Source: Entomortierella parvispora E1425
Taxonomy: Eukaryota; Fungi; Mortierellomycota
DNA length: 64,000 nucleotides
Direction of reading: 5' to 3'
Assembly (NCBI GenBank): GCA_020891255.1
Contig: BQFW01000001.1
Span: 806,001-870,000, forward strand
The number at the start of each line of letters is the position of its first letter. The stretch's first letter is position 1. The position numbers were made by a program, and so were the translations under genes. Shown piece after piece: positions 1 to 9,972 of this stretch. The notes below the pieces were generated by a model that was not told the origin of the DNA, did no database searches, and worked only from the letters and a program-made list of their open reading frames with translations.

Positions 1-571
1 GGTAGCTAAAGCCCTGAAAACCGATTTTCTCTAGCCCCTTCGATCGTGGCACAGAAAATGATAGGAGAGATCTTGAGACGAGGGCATTTACACCCTCAGA
101 CATCGCGCCTTTGGCATTTCGTTTAAACGGAGCCAGGAGGCAGAGTGACTCCATAGAAACTGGCTCCATGGTTCGCTCACACCTGTGAACGTGTCCTTCA
201 GGGGAATGGCTCTTTGCGTAACAAGAGACCTCCGAGGCTGATCTAACTTTTGGTGGCACTTTATTCACCGCAGAATTTTCTCTTCATTCAAGCTGTCCAA
301 CTCTCTTACAGACTATCTCCATGAAGCCGATGAATCTGAACCCGCTCGGGGGTCGGAGGAGAATGTTTATTCCTTTGGGGAGGGTTTTCTTCTATATCTC
401 AACGCAAAGTACTGGGCCTTGACGGACAGCTGTATCCTGAGCAACGCTTGGTCGAGGACGCTTCCCAACCGAACTGCAGCAATTCAGACTCGCGACTGCT
501 CTCAACAGAGTGTCTGGGACAAACACAACAGGCCAAGGATGGCAACGTTGTAACCGAGCCTCAGTCGCCAG

Positions 572-1252
572 GTGAGTATGAAGGTGACAGTGGCAGTGAC
601 CACACAACATGGTTGCAGAAAGAACAAAAAAACTGAAGAAAAAAAGAGCCCAGCGACAACATCAAATGCTCGCCATACTACTTTTTTCTACTCTTTCTCT
701 TCTTCTTCCACTCCTTCATCATATTCCACTCCTTCTCCTTCCCCCCCTCCTTCTTTCGTCTCCCTTACTTTCACCACACGAACACTTTCCTCCCTTACCT
801 CCTCAACACGACCATCTTTCACCCTTGACACCCCATCCTTAATAGATAGCCGTTCCAGTTCACCCATTTCATTCTAGTTTTCGTCAGATCAAAACCCTGA
901 GTCGGCACAGGACCAGGACTCCGAGCCAGAGCCAGACCGAGCACAGTCACCACAGCAACCTGAACGAGCACCGGCCCCAAACCGAGACCTTGCTTCCTAT
1001 CTGTTCGGAGCTACACCCCCGGGAGAACACAGAAAAGCTACTACGGCCTTCCTCCGTCAACAGAGAGCACTAGAACGCGCCCTTGTTCAGGCAACCATCC
1101 CCGCAGCAGGCAGTGAAAGGGTGGCAATAGGATCCTTACTGGTAGAGCAAGCAACAGCCAACGCGATCACTGAGGTTCAGATTCGCCCACCCGCACCCGC
1201 ACCAAGACATATGTACTCGGATGGCTTAGGTCATATAGTCCCATTTCAATAA
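572..1252 (+). pseudogene. Degenerate ORF of unknown origin (Ser/Pro-rich, then ...DLASYLFGATPPGEHRKATTAFLRQQRALERALVQ...)
   Basis: ORF 572-877 and the start-less frame 878-1252 are the same frame, separated only by TAG at 875-877. The frame ends at TAA 1250-1252, just inside the duplicated block. The ttcattctag at 868-877 could instead be a splice acceptor. Confidence 0.25.
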
Positions 1253-1373
1253 AAAAAAAAATAAAAAAAAAAAAAACTCCCTTGACCCCTCGTTTAGTTT
1301 CTCAACAAGCAACATTCCAATCTCGACCTTGTCCCCTCTGCTTATTGGACATGCCGGATTATTCCAAATTGCT

Positions 1374-1598
1374 GGCAAGAATCCCCTAGCTGCAGCACTG
1401 CAGTCAAAACCAATGAAATTGGCCGATCTCTGCACTCTGAACAAAGTTGTCCTGACGGACCTGGGTAACTCGAGGTTGCGACCATGGCGATCCCAAAAAT
1501 TAGAGGTAAACTAAAATTTCAGGCAGCTAATGCATTGAATCGAAAGTGCCGAAATCCATTGGTTTTGACTGCAGTGCTGCAGCAAAGGGATTCTTGCC
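1374..1598. repeat. Inverted repeat with 42-bp arms (1374-1415 / 1557-1598) and a 141-nt spacer
   Basis: ggcaagaatcccctagctgcagcactgcagtcaaaaccaatg matches the reverse complement of cattggttttgactgcagtgctgcagcaaagggattcttgcc at 40/42 positions. Confidence 0.9.
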
Positions 1599-1604
1599 GG
1601 TACT

Positions 1605-1660
1605 TCTTGAAAGAATGCTACTACTGCCAGTGCATCTTGAAAGGATGCTGCTACTGCCCA
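1605..1660 (+). repeat. ~2 copies of a 30-bp unit abutting the right hairpin arm
   Basis: tcttgaaagaatgctactactgccagtgca followed by tcttgaaaggatgctgctactgcccatctt; also present in copy 2. Confidence 0.75.
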
Positions 1661-2225
1661 TCTTGTAAGCCATAACACGTCTTTATGTTCTCGGCGATTT
1701 TAACAAAGGCAAAGAACGCACCTTCACTCAGAGCCATACGAGAGTGTACTCATTCTACTTTCTATCATCCCCTAGCCCTGTATTAGAATCCTACGTTTCT
1801 CGCTAGTCGTTGTCTTTTTGTCTCGTTTAGTCATCTATGTCCCTCTCTTGGTATTCATGGAGTCATTACCAAAAGCACCAGGTCATCCATTCCTCTTCCC
1901 TCACACTCCTCCCTTGACTTTGGTCTTCGTATTATTTTTCGTATGCTAGCTTCGTCTGGTACAACTTGATCTTGTATAAAAGGACGATAAAGTCCGAACG
2001 TCCTGCAACAATTATCCAACCAACACTTTCACAAAACAACACCTATCCGAGCTACCACTCTAAACACACCTTTGCTTCCACCTCTACTCTCCATTATACA
2101 GGTTTGGCCATATTAGTTTTCTCACGTTCTAACCTATACCTTCTAGCTGCATGGTATGCTATGGTGATGTTAACTCTATCTCGTCTTGTGTGTATATCGA
2201 ACGAATTTAGAAAAAACACACAAAA

Positions 2226-2747
2226 ATGCACTTCAAGCCTATGATCGCTGCTGCTCTTGTGATGACCCTGGGTCTCGTCGCCTATGCTGCACCCACTGGC
2301 GAGATTGCGCCCGTTGTTGCCGACTCTACGGCTCCCACTGGCGAGATTGCGCCCATTGTTGCCGACTCTACGGCTCCCACTGGCGAGATTGCACCCGTTG
2401 TTACCGACTCTACGGCTCAAGATACCCCCACTGCTAAGGACGGTGACATCAATGCTACCGGATTCCTCGACAGTGTTCTCTGGCCCGAGGCCTTCTCGAG
2501 ACACTGCAACGATTTGCTGCGTATCTCTGCCAGCCTCGACCGACAAATTGCTCGTGCTCAGTGGAAGACGGGTAGATCTTGCACCCCTGCCCAAGAGACT
2601 GCGATTTCTGTTCCTCCTTCATGCCCTACTTCGGACTACTTGGTCGGCGTTCTTTGGCCCCTTGCCTTTGATAAGCAGGATGTTTTGTCTAAACGAATTC
2701 AGGCTCAGGTTGAGTGCTTGGACACGTTGAGCAGACTGATCTTCTAA
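2226..2747 (+). CDS. Predicted secreted protein, 173 aa: signal peptide, 3x 14-aa APTGEIAPVVADST repeats, 4-Cys C-terminal domain (copy 1)
   Basis: Intronless ATG ORF. Hydrophobic N-terminus MHFKPMIAAALVMTLGLVAYA^AP; N-glycosylation sequon INAT; internal duplication FLDSVLWPEAF / YLVGVLWPLAF; intact in both copies. Confidence 0.85.
   Translation: MHFKPMIAAALVMTLGLVAYAAPTGEIAPVVADSTAPTGEIAPIVADSTAPTGEIAPVVTDSTAQDTPTAKDGDINATGFLDSVLWPEAFSRHCNDLLRISASLDRQIARAQWKTGRSCTPAQETAISVPPSCPTSDYLVGVLWPLAFDKQDVLSKRIQAQVECLDTLSRLIF
2289..2414 (+). repeat. 3 x 42-bp coding tandem repeat
   Basis: The unit gc(a/t)cccactggcgagattgc(g/a)ccc(g/a)ttgtt(g/a)ccgactctacg occurs three times. Confidence 0.95.
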
Positions 2748-3196
2748 AGATCACCCCCATACCGTACAAGTGTAGATATAGCACTTTTACTCCTGCCCTG
2801 CCTGGTTCTTCCTTTCCGGCGCCTTATACCCTGTTTCAAAATCGTCACGCTCTCTTGTACATACCTGCTTGTCGATTTTGTAGCTCAATAAAAGCGAAAC
2901 AATGAAATGCAACAAAGGAAGACGATAGAGACTGCATGCGCCGTATGGGTGCCTCTTATAGAACTTTTCGCAGACGTGACGACTCAACACACGTATATGG
3001 AGCATGTAGCTCTTGGACTCTGGCCACTGTGCATGGAAGTGCTCACAACTGTGTTAAATTTTTGTTGCCCGTCGACAGGTGTGAGAGTTGGGACAGGTAG
3101 CAGTGATTGAAGATTTTCTCACAGGCCTCGGGGGGGATGGGCTTGTCGATACAGTGTTGCGCAAAAGTGATCAAGTTAATTGCGGAATTCACATTC

Positions 3197-3473
3197 TCAT
3201 TCATTTATACGTCTATTCAGAGGCTCTTTGCCAGATCGGCGAGACGACACCAAGTGCCTCTCGTCATTATCAGGAACTGGAGCTGCAGGGATTGAGGTGG
3301 ATGACTGGACGGGGACCGGGTCCGCGGACAACGACGTGGATCCAGCAGCAGCATATGATCGTAGCCGCGAACCGATAGGCGCGAGTGCCGGAACGGGAAC
3401 AGTATTCTGCTGAAGACAAATGAAACGAAATAAGTCTAAATCAACCGGAAAAAATAAAACAGGATTTCCTTAC
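3197..3473 (-). other. Orphan intron plus terminal exon-like segment
   Basis: On the minus strand: gtaagg donor at 3473, pyrimidine tract, ttcag acceptor at 3410, then an open frame QNTVPVPALAPIG...EPLNRRINE* ending at 3197. The upstream exon and reading phase are unresolved. Confidence 0.3.
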
Positions 3474-3589
3474 CTATGAAAATGAGATTGTTTGATCGGC
3501 AAAAGGGGAAGGGTAAGGCAACCTGGGAGTGGTGTATCCTTATGGCATCCTGGATCCGACCTGACCACAGTTAGATATTAAAGTCACAG

Positions 3590-3655
3590 AGGGAGGCTCA
3601 AGTAGCGCTTAAAGCACTGAAAGACCAATTCCAACTCTGACCACTCTGATCCTGG
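3590..3655 (+). pseudogene. Frameshifted LRR repeat relic
   Basis: gcactgaa(a)gaccaattcc(a)actctgaccactctgatcctg reads ALKTNSTLTTLIL once two 1-bp insertions are removed, matching the repeat consensus of the downstream LRR genes. Confidence 0.55.
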
Positions 3656-3748
3656 TTTGATTGGAAGTCTCTGGGCGCAGCAGACGCGCTCAACTCGATG
3701 GTGAGCGATGTTTTGTTGTTGGTGTGACCAAAAGTTGCTCTCGAAGCA

Positions 3749-4847
3749 GTGCTGGGGACGCAGAAGCCCATCAAAAGTTTCACTCGAATTGCCGATAACC
3801 TTCGGCCCAAACACCTTGCATCCTGTGCGCGCGTGTGCCATGATTGGAATGACTCGTTCACACCATCACTCTACAAGTGCGTCACCATGGTGCGTTGTGG
3901 TCCCCACAAAGAAGTTGTTGAAAAAAACAAGCACCTGATACGACAATTTGCTTTCTCTGGCACTTCAAAGTTTTCAACATCTGAAAAGGTCGAATTGCTT
4001 TCCAGTGTCATGGCTGGCTCAGCCCTGACTGCCTTGGACTTGACAAACACCTCATTGAGATGCGATGAGACCGAGGCAATAGCTCGAACCCTTGAAACTA
4101 ATTCTACTCTGACAACCTTGATGCTGGAAAATAATGTGATTGCAGAGATAGAGGTGCAGACACTCGCGAAGGCACTCAAGACCAACACAGTTCTGACCTC
4201 GTTGAGTCTGACAGAAATCCAAACTGGGAACCATGGTGCCCAGGTGCTGTCTGAGATTCTCCGAGCCAACTCGACGCTGAAAATCCTGGACTTAACAGGG
4301 AATGGCATCGAAGAACTCGGTGCCCAAGCATTAGCTGAGGCACTTAAGACCAACACAACCTTGACCCGGCTGGACTTGGGACTGAACTCAATTGGATGTG
4401 ACGGAGCTATGGCGCTGAGCTCTTTGGGGGCGTGTTCAATTTTAAAGAACGGAGCGGAGGTGCTGGCTGAGGCCCTCAAGGTCAACTCGACTCTGACCGA
4501 TTTGGATATGGGACACAATCCAATTGAATGCCACGGAGCCAAGGCGCAGGCGGAGGCCCTCAGGATCAACTCGACCCTGACCAAGCTGGATTTGGGGATT
4601 GCCTCCATCGCGGATGACGGAGCTGTGGCTCTTGCAGATGCACTCAAAGCAAACTCGGCTCTGGTAGCACTACACTTATACCACAACTCCATCGGTGAGA
4701 TTGGAGGTCAGTTCGATATGTGAAGCACTCAAGAGCAACTTGACGCTGGCCAAATTGACCTTGTATAACAACCCGATTGGGGATATTGGACGTCAGGCGT
4801 TGGCTGAGGCGTGCAAGACGAACGCGACTCGAACCAAATTCTTTTAA
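3749..4847 (+). pseudogene. F-box-like + RNI-like LRR protein 1, 5'-damaged and frameshifted
   Basis: RIADNLRPKHLASCARVCHDW F-box-like segment followed by 28-aa repeats (ALKTNTTLTRLDLGLNSIG). There is no ATG at the position equivalent to the paralogue's start. A 1-bp shift near 4710 diverts the frame, and the LRR continues as SICEALKSNLTLAKLTLYNNPIGDIGRQALAEACKTN... to TAA 4845-4847. Confidence 0.8.
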
Positions 4848-5262
4848 GCTTGCCAAGTATATTACTACATGATTCTCTCAACAGGCGTGGGCTTGAATCC
4901 TTTGTTTGATGTATTCTTCGTTTGATGTAATGGACTGCAACACTCAACAGGCCAGATCCACGACCAATTCAAGCCCAGATATTGCTGTTTGTACGACCGC
5001 AAGTATGAATCACATGGCGGTGGCGCAGAAATGTCAAAAAATATAAAAAGTCGAGAGCGTGGTCTTTCTCCTTTTTTCTCTCAACAACCACTTTCATTCT
5101 CATCGCCCTTCATCGCAGTTTGTGTTGCCGCTCTCTCATCACTCTTATCGTCATCACCACTTAGCTCTTGCTCATCATCGCTTGACCTCGTACCCAGTGT
5201 CTGAGCCTTTCTTCCCCCTTCCCCTGGAAAGATGTCGCTGTCACCATTTCAATTTTTTTAAA

Positions 5263-6587
5263 ATGGCACAGACACATCCTCTCGAGTTACATGAGATTCG
5301 ATCTAGAATTGCCAGTGCCCTTCAGCCCAAAGATCTTGCGTCCTGTGCGCGTGTGAGTCGTGACTGGAATGGCTCATTCACACCATCACTCTACAAAAGT
5401 GTTTCCATGATGGATAACGGACCTTCCATGGAAGCTGTCAAAATAAGCGCTTGATACAACGACTCCACATCAATAGTCCTCTCCTTTCAACCCTATCGAC
5501 ATCCGCGCGAGTTGAATTCATTTCCAGCATCATGACCGGCTCAGCTCTCACTACTCTGAACCTGACAAGGACTCCAATAAGAGAAATTGAGGCCAGGGCA
5601 CTAGCTCTGGCTCTCGAGACCAACTCTACTCTGACTACCTTGATGTTGACACGTTGTTCGATTTCAGCGACAGGCGCACAGATGCTGGCAAAAGCACTCG
5701 AGATCAACGCAACGTTGACCTTTTTATCTTTGGATATGAACGATGTCAGAGAAAACGGAGCTTTAGCCTTGGCCGAGGCACTCAGGATTAACTCGACTCT
5801 TTCCGCTTTGAATTTGTGAGGCAACAAAATTGAGGACCAAGGGGTTCAAGCGCTGGTCAGTGCACTCAAGATAAATTCAGCTTTGTCCAGCCTGGGGCTG
5901 TGCGGCAATTTTATCGAGGATCAAGGAGCTCAGGAGCTGGCCGAGTTGCTCAAGACCAACTCGACCCTTACCATGTTGGACTTGACATCCAATTATATCG
6001 AGTGGTCTGGGGCTCAGGCACTAGCAGAGCCACTCAAGACGAATTCAGCTCTAACCACCCTGGAGTTGAGATGCAACGATATCGGGGATCGAGGAGCTCT
6101 GGCGCTGGCGGAGGCACTCAAGATCAACACGACTCTGACTGACCTAGACTTGGACCTGGGAGGCAACTCAATTGGACATGACGGAGCCAAGATGTTGGCT
6201 GAGGCACTCAAATCGAACTCGGTTCTGACCAATTTGGACTTGAGTGATAACTCAATTAAATGTGATGGAGCTGAAGTTCTGGCTCAGGCATTGAAGTTCA
6301 ATTTGCCTCTCACCTGTCTTCATTTGGGATCCAACGGCATTGGAGACGATGGAGCTCAGGCATTGGCAGAGGCACTCAAGACGAACTCTGTTCTGACCAC
6401 TTTAGAATTGTGGTCCAATATGATTGGGGCCAATGGAGCTGTGGCTCTAGCTATGTCACTCAAGATCAACTCGACCTTGTCAATTTTGAACTTAATGGAC
6501 AACCCTATCGAACACAATGGAACGCTCGCACTGAATGAGGTACTCAAGACCAACCCGACAGTGTCCATATCATACGATTCTAACTAG
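5263..6587 (+). pseudogene. F-box-like + RNI-like LRR protein 2, with one frameshift and one in-frame stop
   Basis: Starts MAQTHPLELHEIRSRIASALQPKDLASCARVSRDW. One A is missing in the run near 5440 (the paralogue has EVVEKNKHLI). An in-frame TGA at 5817-5819 falls inside an LRR (LNL*GNKIEDQG), and the same frame continues to TAG 6585-6587. Confidence 0.85.
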
Positions 6588-6674
6588 AACCCTCTTAACC
6601 AAGTTTGACAATAGAGATCCGATTTTTTGCGTTGCATTCAAAGAAAGAAAGGGCCTTGACCGTTGCTTCGTTAC

Positions 6675-6782
6675 CTGGCTGTTGCCATAGTAGATTTTGT
6701 AGTCGCCGTTGGCGCGAAGCTGATCCAGGGCAGCTTGAACGATGACAAGCAGAGCAACAAGCGTAAGGATGGTTCGATGCTT
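6675..6782 (-). pseudogene. Signal-peptide-like first exon lacking ATG
   Basis: AAG-CAT-CGA... reads KHRTILTLVALLVIVQAALDQLRANGDYKIYYGNSQ, followed by a gtaacg donor. Upstream lie a CT-rich leader and TATTTAAA near 6880. There is no in-frame ATG before the next upstream stop. Confidence 0.4.
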
Positions 6783-7112
6783 GGTTTGATTGAGTCTTCT
6801 TTTACGGGTATGTAAGATGGAAGAAGACGAGGGTAGGTTTGGGGATGAAAGAGATAGACCAGAGAGGTGGGGAACGATGGTTTAAATAGTGATCCACATC
6901 ATCCCGATACTAGCACCCGGATCAGATGCGGTGTTGACGCCGACCCCTCGCCCGGAACGTGAGCTTCTTTCTTCTCTTCCACCGTGGATGGATGGTAAAC
7001 TGCACATCATCTCGATGCAGCACGAGGTCAGAGAACGAAGGCAGCTTCGATCTAACTAGATTAGCTTGGCGCTGCGTGCAGCAAAAAGAAAGACCCCCCC
7101 CCCCCCCCCCGT

Positions 7113-7812
7113 ATGGGTAGAGGCCAATTGCAGAATGGGCACATCTGGAAGAGGCACGCTTATAGAGAACATGGGAAAAAGAGCGAGATCGTCACATACA
7201 GAACCATCTACCTTTCACCAAGGCAGCCCCTAAAATATCAGTACCAAGCGACCGCACCCTCTGGACCACATTACAACACATATCAGGAGCAGTGGATCGT
7301 GCTCGATGGGATGTCCGGAAAGCTGCTCAGACAGTGGCGGAAAGGGCACTCTAGCAATGGAAGGTGGCTGACCTGTACAGAGGGATCTCACCTCATAGCT
7401 TGACCCAAGTCTGGAGCAAGCTCTTCAGACCAACATTACCACGGCCCAAAACCTCGTCCATCGTTTCTGTCGCGCTCTCGAGGAAGGTGTTCGAGAGGCA
7501 GTCTAGCTAGACCGTTGCAATAGACAGGTTGCAATGGAAAAAGAACAAGCAATCACCAAGAAGATGAAGAGAACACTACCACCGAGACAACAAGGAGCGC
7601 AAGCCGACCCATGGCGAACTTGGGTTGGAGCACCACCCGCGGAGGATGAGTGCGAATGCGGACAATTGCTCGACAACCACACGAACAACAATTGCCCCGG
7701 TTTTACGGGCGAAGCCATCAAAGCGGATATATTTTTACTGGACACATACATAGGTCGGCGACGACCAGCAGTGATGGAAAGGATGGGAAGTTGTAAATTG
7801 TTATTGTCGTGA
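7113..7812 (+). mobile_element. Possible non-LTR retroelement 3' relic
   Basis: One frame reads as continuous protein-like text broken by TAG codons (...LWTTLQHISGAVDRARWDVRK...), then shifts to QWEKEQAITKKMKR and a CxC-x6-H-x4-C motif (CECGQLLDNHTNNNC). A C17 run (7094-7110) precedes it. The family assignment is from memory only. Confidence 0.3.
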
Positions 7813-8033
7813 GGCGACCTAGACCTCGGGTTCTTTTCTTTTTAAAAAAGAGGAGAGCGACGCCACGGCCGCGTATGGCTCCGGATGCCGAAGCATGCGG
7901 TTGAAACAGTGGCGTAGGTCATATACCAACATTTCAAAAAAAAAAAAACTCCCTTGACCCCTCTCAACAAGCAACATTCCAATCTCGACCTTGTCCCCTC
8001 TGCTTATTGGACATGCCGAATTATTCCAAATTG

Positions 8034-8262
8034 CTGGCAAGAATCCCCTAGCTGCAGCACTGCAGTCAAAACCAATGAAATTGGCCGATCTCTGCACTCT
8101 GAACAAAGTTGTCCTGACGGACCTGGGTAACTCGAGGTTGCGACCATGGCGATCCCAAAAAATAGAGGTAAACTAAAATTTCAGGCAGCTAATGCATTGA
8201 ATCGAAAGTGCCGAAATCCATTGGTTTTGACTGCAGTGCTGCAGCAAAGGGATTCTTGCCAG
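8034..8262. repeat. Inverted repeat, copy 2 (core arms 8036-8077 / 8219-8260)
   Basis: Same hairpin as 1374-1598; here pairing extends to ctggcaag.../...cttgccag. Confidence 0.9.
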
Positions 8263-8839
8263 TACTTCTTGAAAGAATGCTACTACTGCCAGTGCATCTT
8301 GAAAGGATGCTGCTACTGCCCATCTTGTAAGCCATAACACGTCTTTATGTTCTCGGCGATTTTAACAAAGGCAAAGAACGCACCTTCACTCAGAGCGATA
8401 CGAGAGTGTACTCATTTTCCTATATGTCTTTTTGTCTCGTTTAGTCCTCTATGTCCCTCTCCTGGTATTCGTGGAGTCATTACCAAAAGCACCAGGTCAT
8501 CCATTCCTCTTCCCTCACACTCTTCCCTTGACTTTGGTCTTCGTATTATTTTTCGTATGCTAGCTTCGTCTGGTACAACTTGATCTTGTATAAAAGGACG
8601 ATAAAGTCCGAACGTCCTGCAACAATTATCCAACCAACACTTTCACAAAACAACACCTATCCGAGCTACCACTCTAAACACACCTTCGCTTCCACCTCTA
8701 CTCTCCATTATACAGGTGTGGCCATATTAGTTTTCTCACGTTCTAACCTATACCTTCTAGCTGCATGGTATGCTATGGTGATGTTAACTCTATCTCGTCT
8801 TGTGTGTATATCGAACGAATTTAGAAAAAACACACAAAA

Positions 8840-9361
8840 ATGCACTTCAAGCCTATGATCGCTGCTGCTCTTGTGATGACCCTGGGTCTCGTCGCCTATG
8901 CTGCACCCACTGGCGAGATTGCGCCCGTTGTTGCCGACTCTACGGCTCCCACTGGCAAGATTGCACCCATTGTTGCCGACTCTACGGCTCCCACTGGCGA
9001 GATTGCACCCGTTGTTACCGACTCTACGGCTCAAGATACCCCCACTGCTAAGGACGGTGACATCAATGCTACCGGATTCCTCGACAGTGTTCTCTGGCCC
9101 GAGGCCTTCTCGAGACACTGCAACGATTTGCTGCGTATCTCTGCCAGCCTCGACCGACAAATTGCTCGTGCCCAGTTTAAGACGGGTAGATCTTGCACCC
9201 CTGCCCAAGACACTGCGATTTCTGTTCCTCCTTCATGCCCTACTTCGGACTACTTGGTCGGCGTTCTTTGGCCCCTTGCCTTTGATAAGCAGGATGTTTT
9301 GTCTAAACGAATTCAGGCTCAGGTTGAGTGCTTGGACACGTTGAACAGACTGATCTTCTAA
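8840..9361 (+). CDS. Predicted secreted protein, 173 aa (copy 2)
   Basis: Seven nt differences from 2226-2747 by eye, giving E40K, W113F, E124D and S169N plus two synonymous changes. Confidence 0.85.
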   Translation: MHFKPMIAAALVMTLGLVAYAAPTGEIAPVVADSTAPTGKIAPIVADSTAPTGEIAPVVTDSTAQDTPTAKDGDINATGFLDSVLWPEAFSRHCNDLLRISASLDRQIARAQFKTGRSCTPAQDTAISVPPSCPTSDYLVGVLWPLAFDKQDVLSKRIQAQVECLDTLNRLIF

Positions 9362-9972
9362 AGATCACCTCCACACCGTACAAGTGTAGATATAGCGCTT
9401 TTACTCCTGCCCTGCCTGGTTCTTCCTTTCCGGCGCCCTATACCCTGTTTCAAAATCGTCACACTCTCTTGTACATTCCTGCTTGTCGATTTTGTAGCTC
9501 AATAAAAGCGAAACAATGAAATGCAACAAAGGAAGACGATAGAGACTGCATTCACCGTATGGGTGCCTCTTATAGAACTTTTCGCAGACGTGAAGACTCA
9601 ACGCTCACATATAGAGCATGTAGCTCTTGGACTCTGGCCATTGTGCATGGAAGTGCTCACAACTGTGTTAAATTTTCTGTTGCCCGTCGACAGGTGTGAG
9701 AGTTGGGACAGGTAGCAGTGATTGAAGATTTTCTCACAGGCCTCGGGGGGGGGGGGATGGGCACTTTCCCCAGTGATCCTCAAAAGAACAAGGTCAAAAG
9801 AGAAATGGACGCTTGTTTCTGTGGTCCGATGTCGACTGCCTTCTGACGAGTCTGCGGTAAAACCTTTATTGGGGCGAAGTTGCTGGACCGACCATCGTCT
9901 TTTTTTCCATGATTTGGGATTCCCTTTTTTTTTTTTCTTTTCCTTTTCTGTTTTCTTTGTCTCTGCTTAACT

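Larger units (their letters stand above)
1223..3142 (+). repeat. ~1.9-kb direct repeat, copy 1 (hairpin + secreted-protein gene)
   Basis: Near-identical to 7911-9762 from ggc(t/g)taggtcatata to ctcggggggga(t)gggc. Copy 1 has an extra ~50 bp near 1755-1815. Confidence 0.95.
7911..9762 (+). repeat. ~1.9-kb direct repeat, copy 2
   Basis: Near-identical to 1223-3142; ends ~210 bp from the CSE1 stop codon. Confidence 0.95.

Noticed and set aside
1-570. Coding or mobile-element relic at the window start
   Set aside because: All frames examined are broken by stops and I recognised no motif.
1484-1675. 63-aa Cys-rich ORF (CYYCQC...CCYCPSC) present in both repeat copies
   Set aside because: The Cys pattern is a by-product of the hairpin arm and the 30-bp tandem units, and there is no signal peptide. 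It is not excluded without Ribo-seq.
6905-6960. Helitron 3' end on the minus strand (CTAG|T at 6910-6913); similarly ctagt near 52862
   Set aside because: No proper GC hairpin at the expected distance and no matching 5' TC end.
1223-9762. The 1.9-kb direct repeats as LTRs of a retrotransposon
   Set aside because: No TG...CA termini, PBS, PPT or TSD, no gag/pol inside, and the repeats contain a host-type gene.
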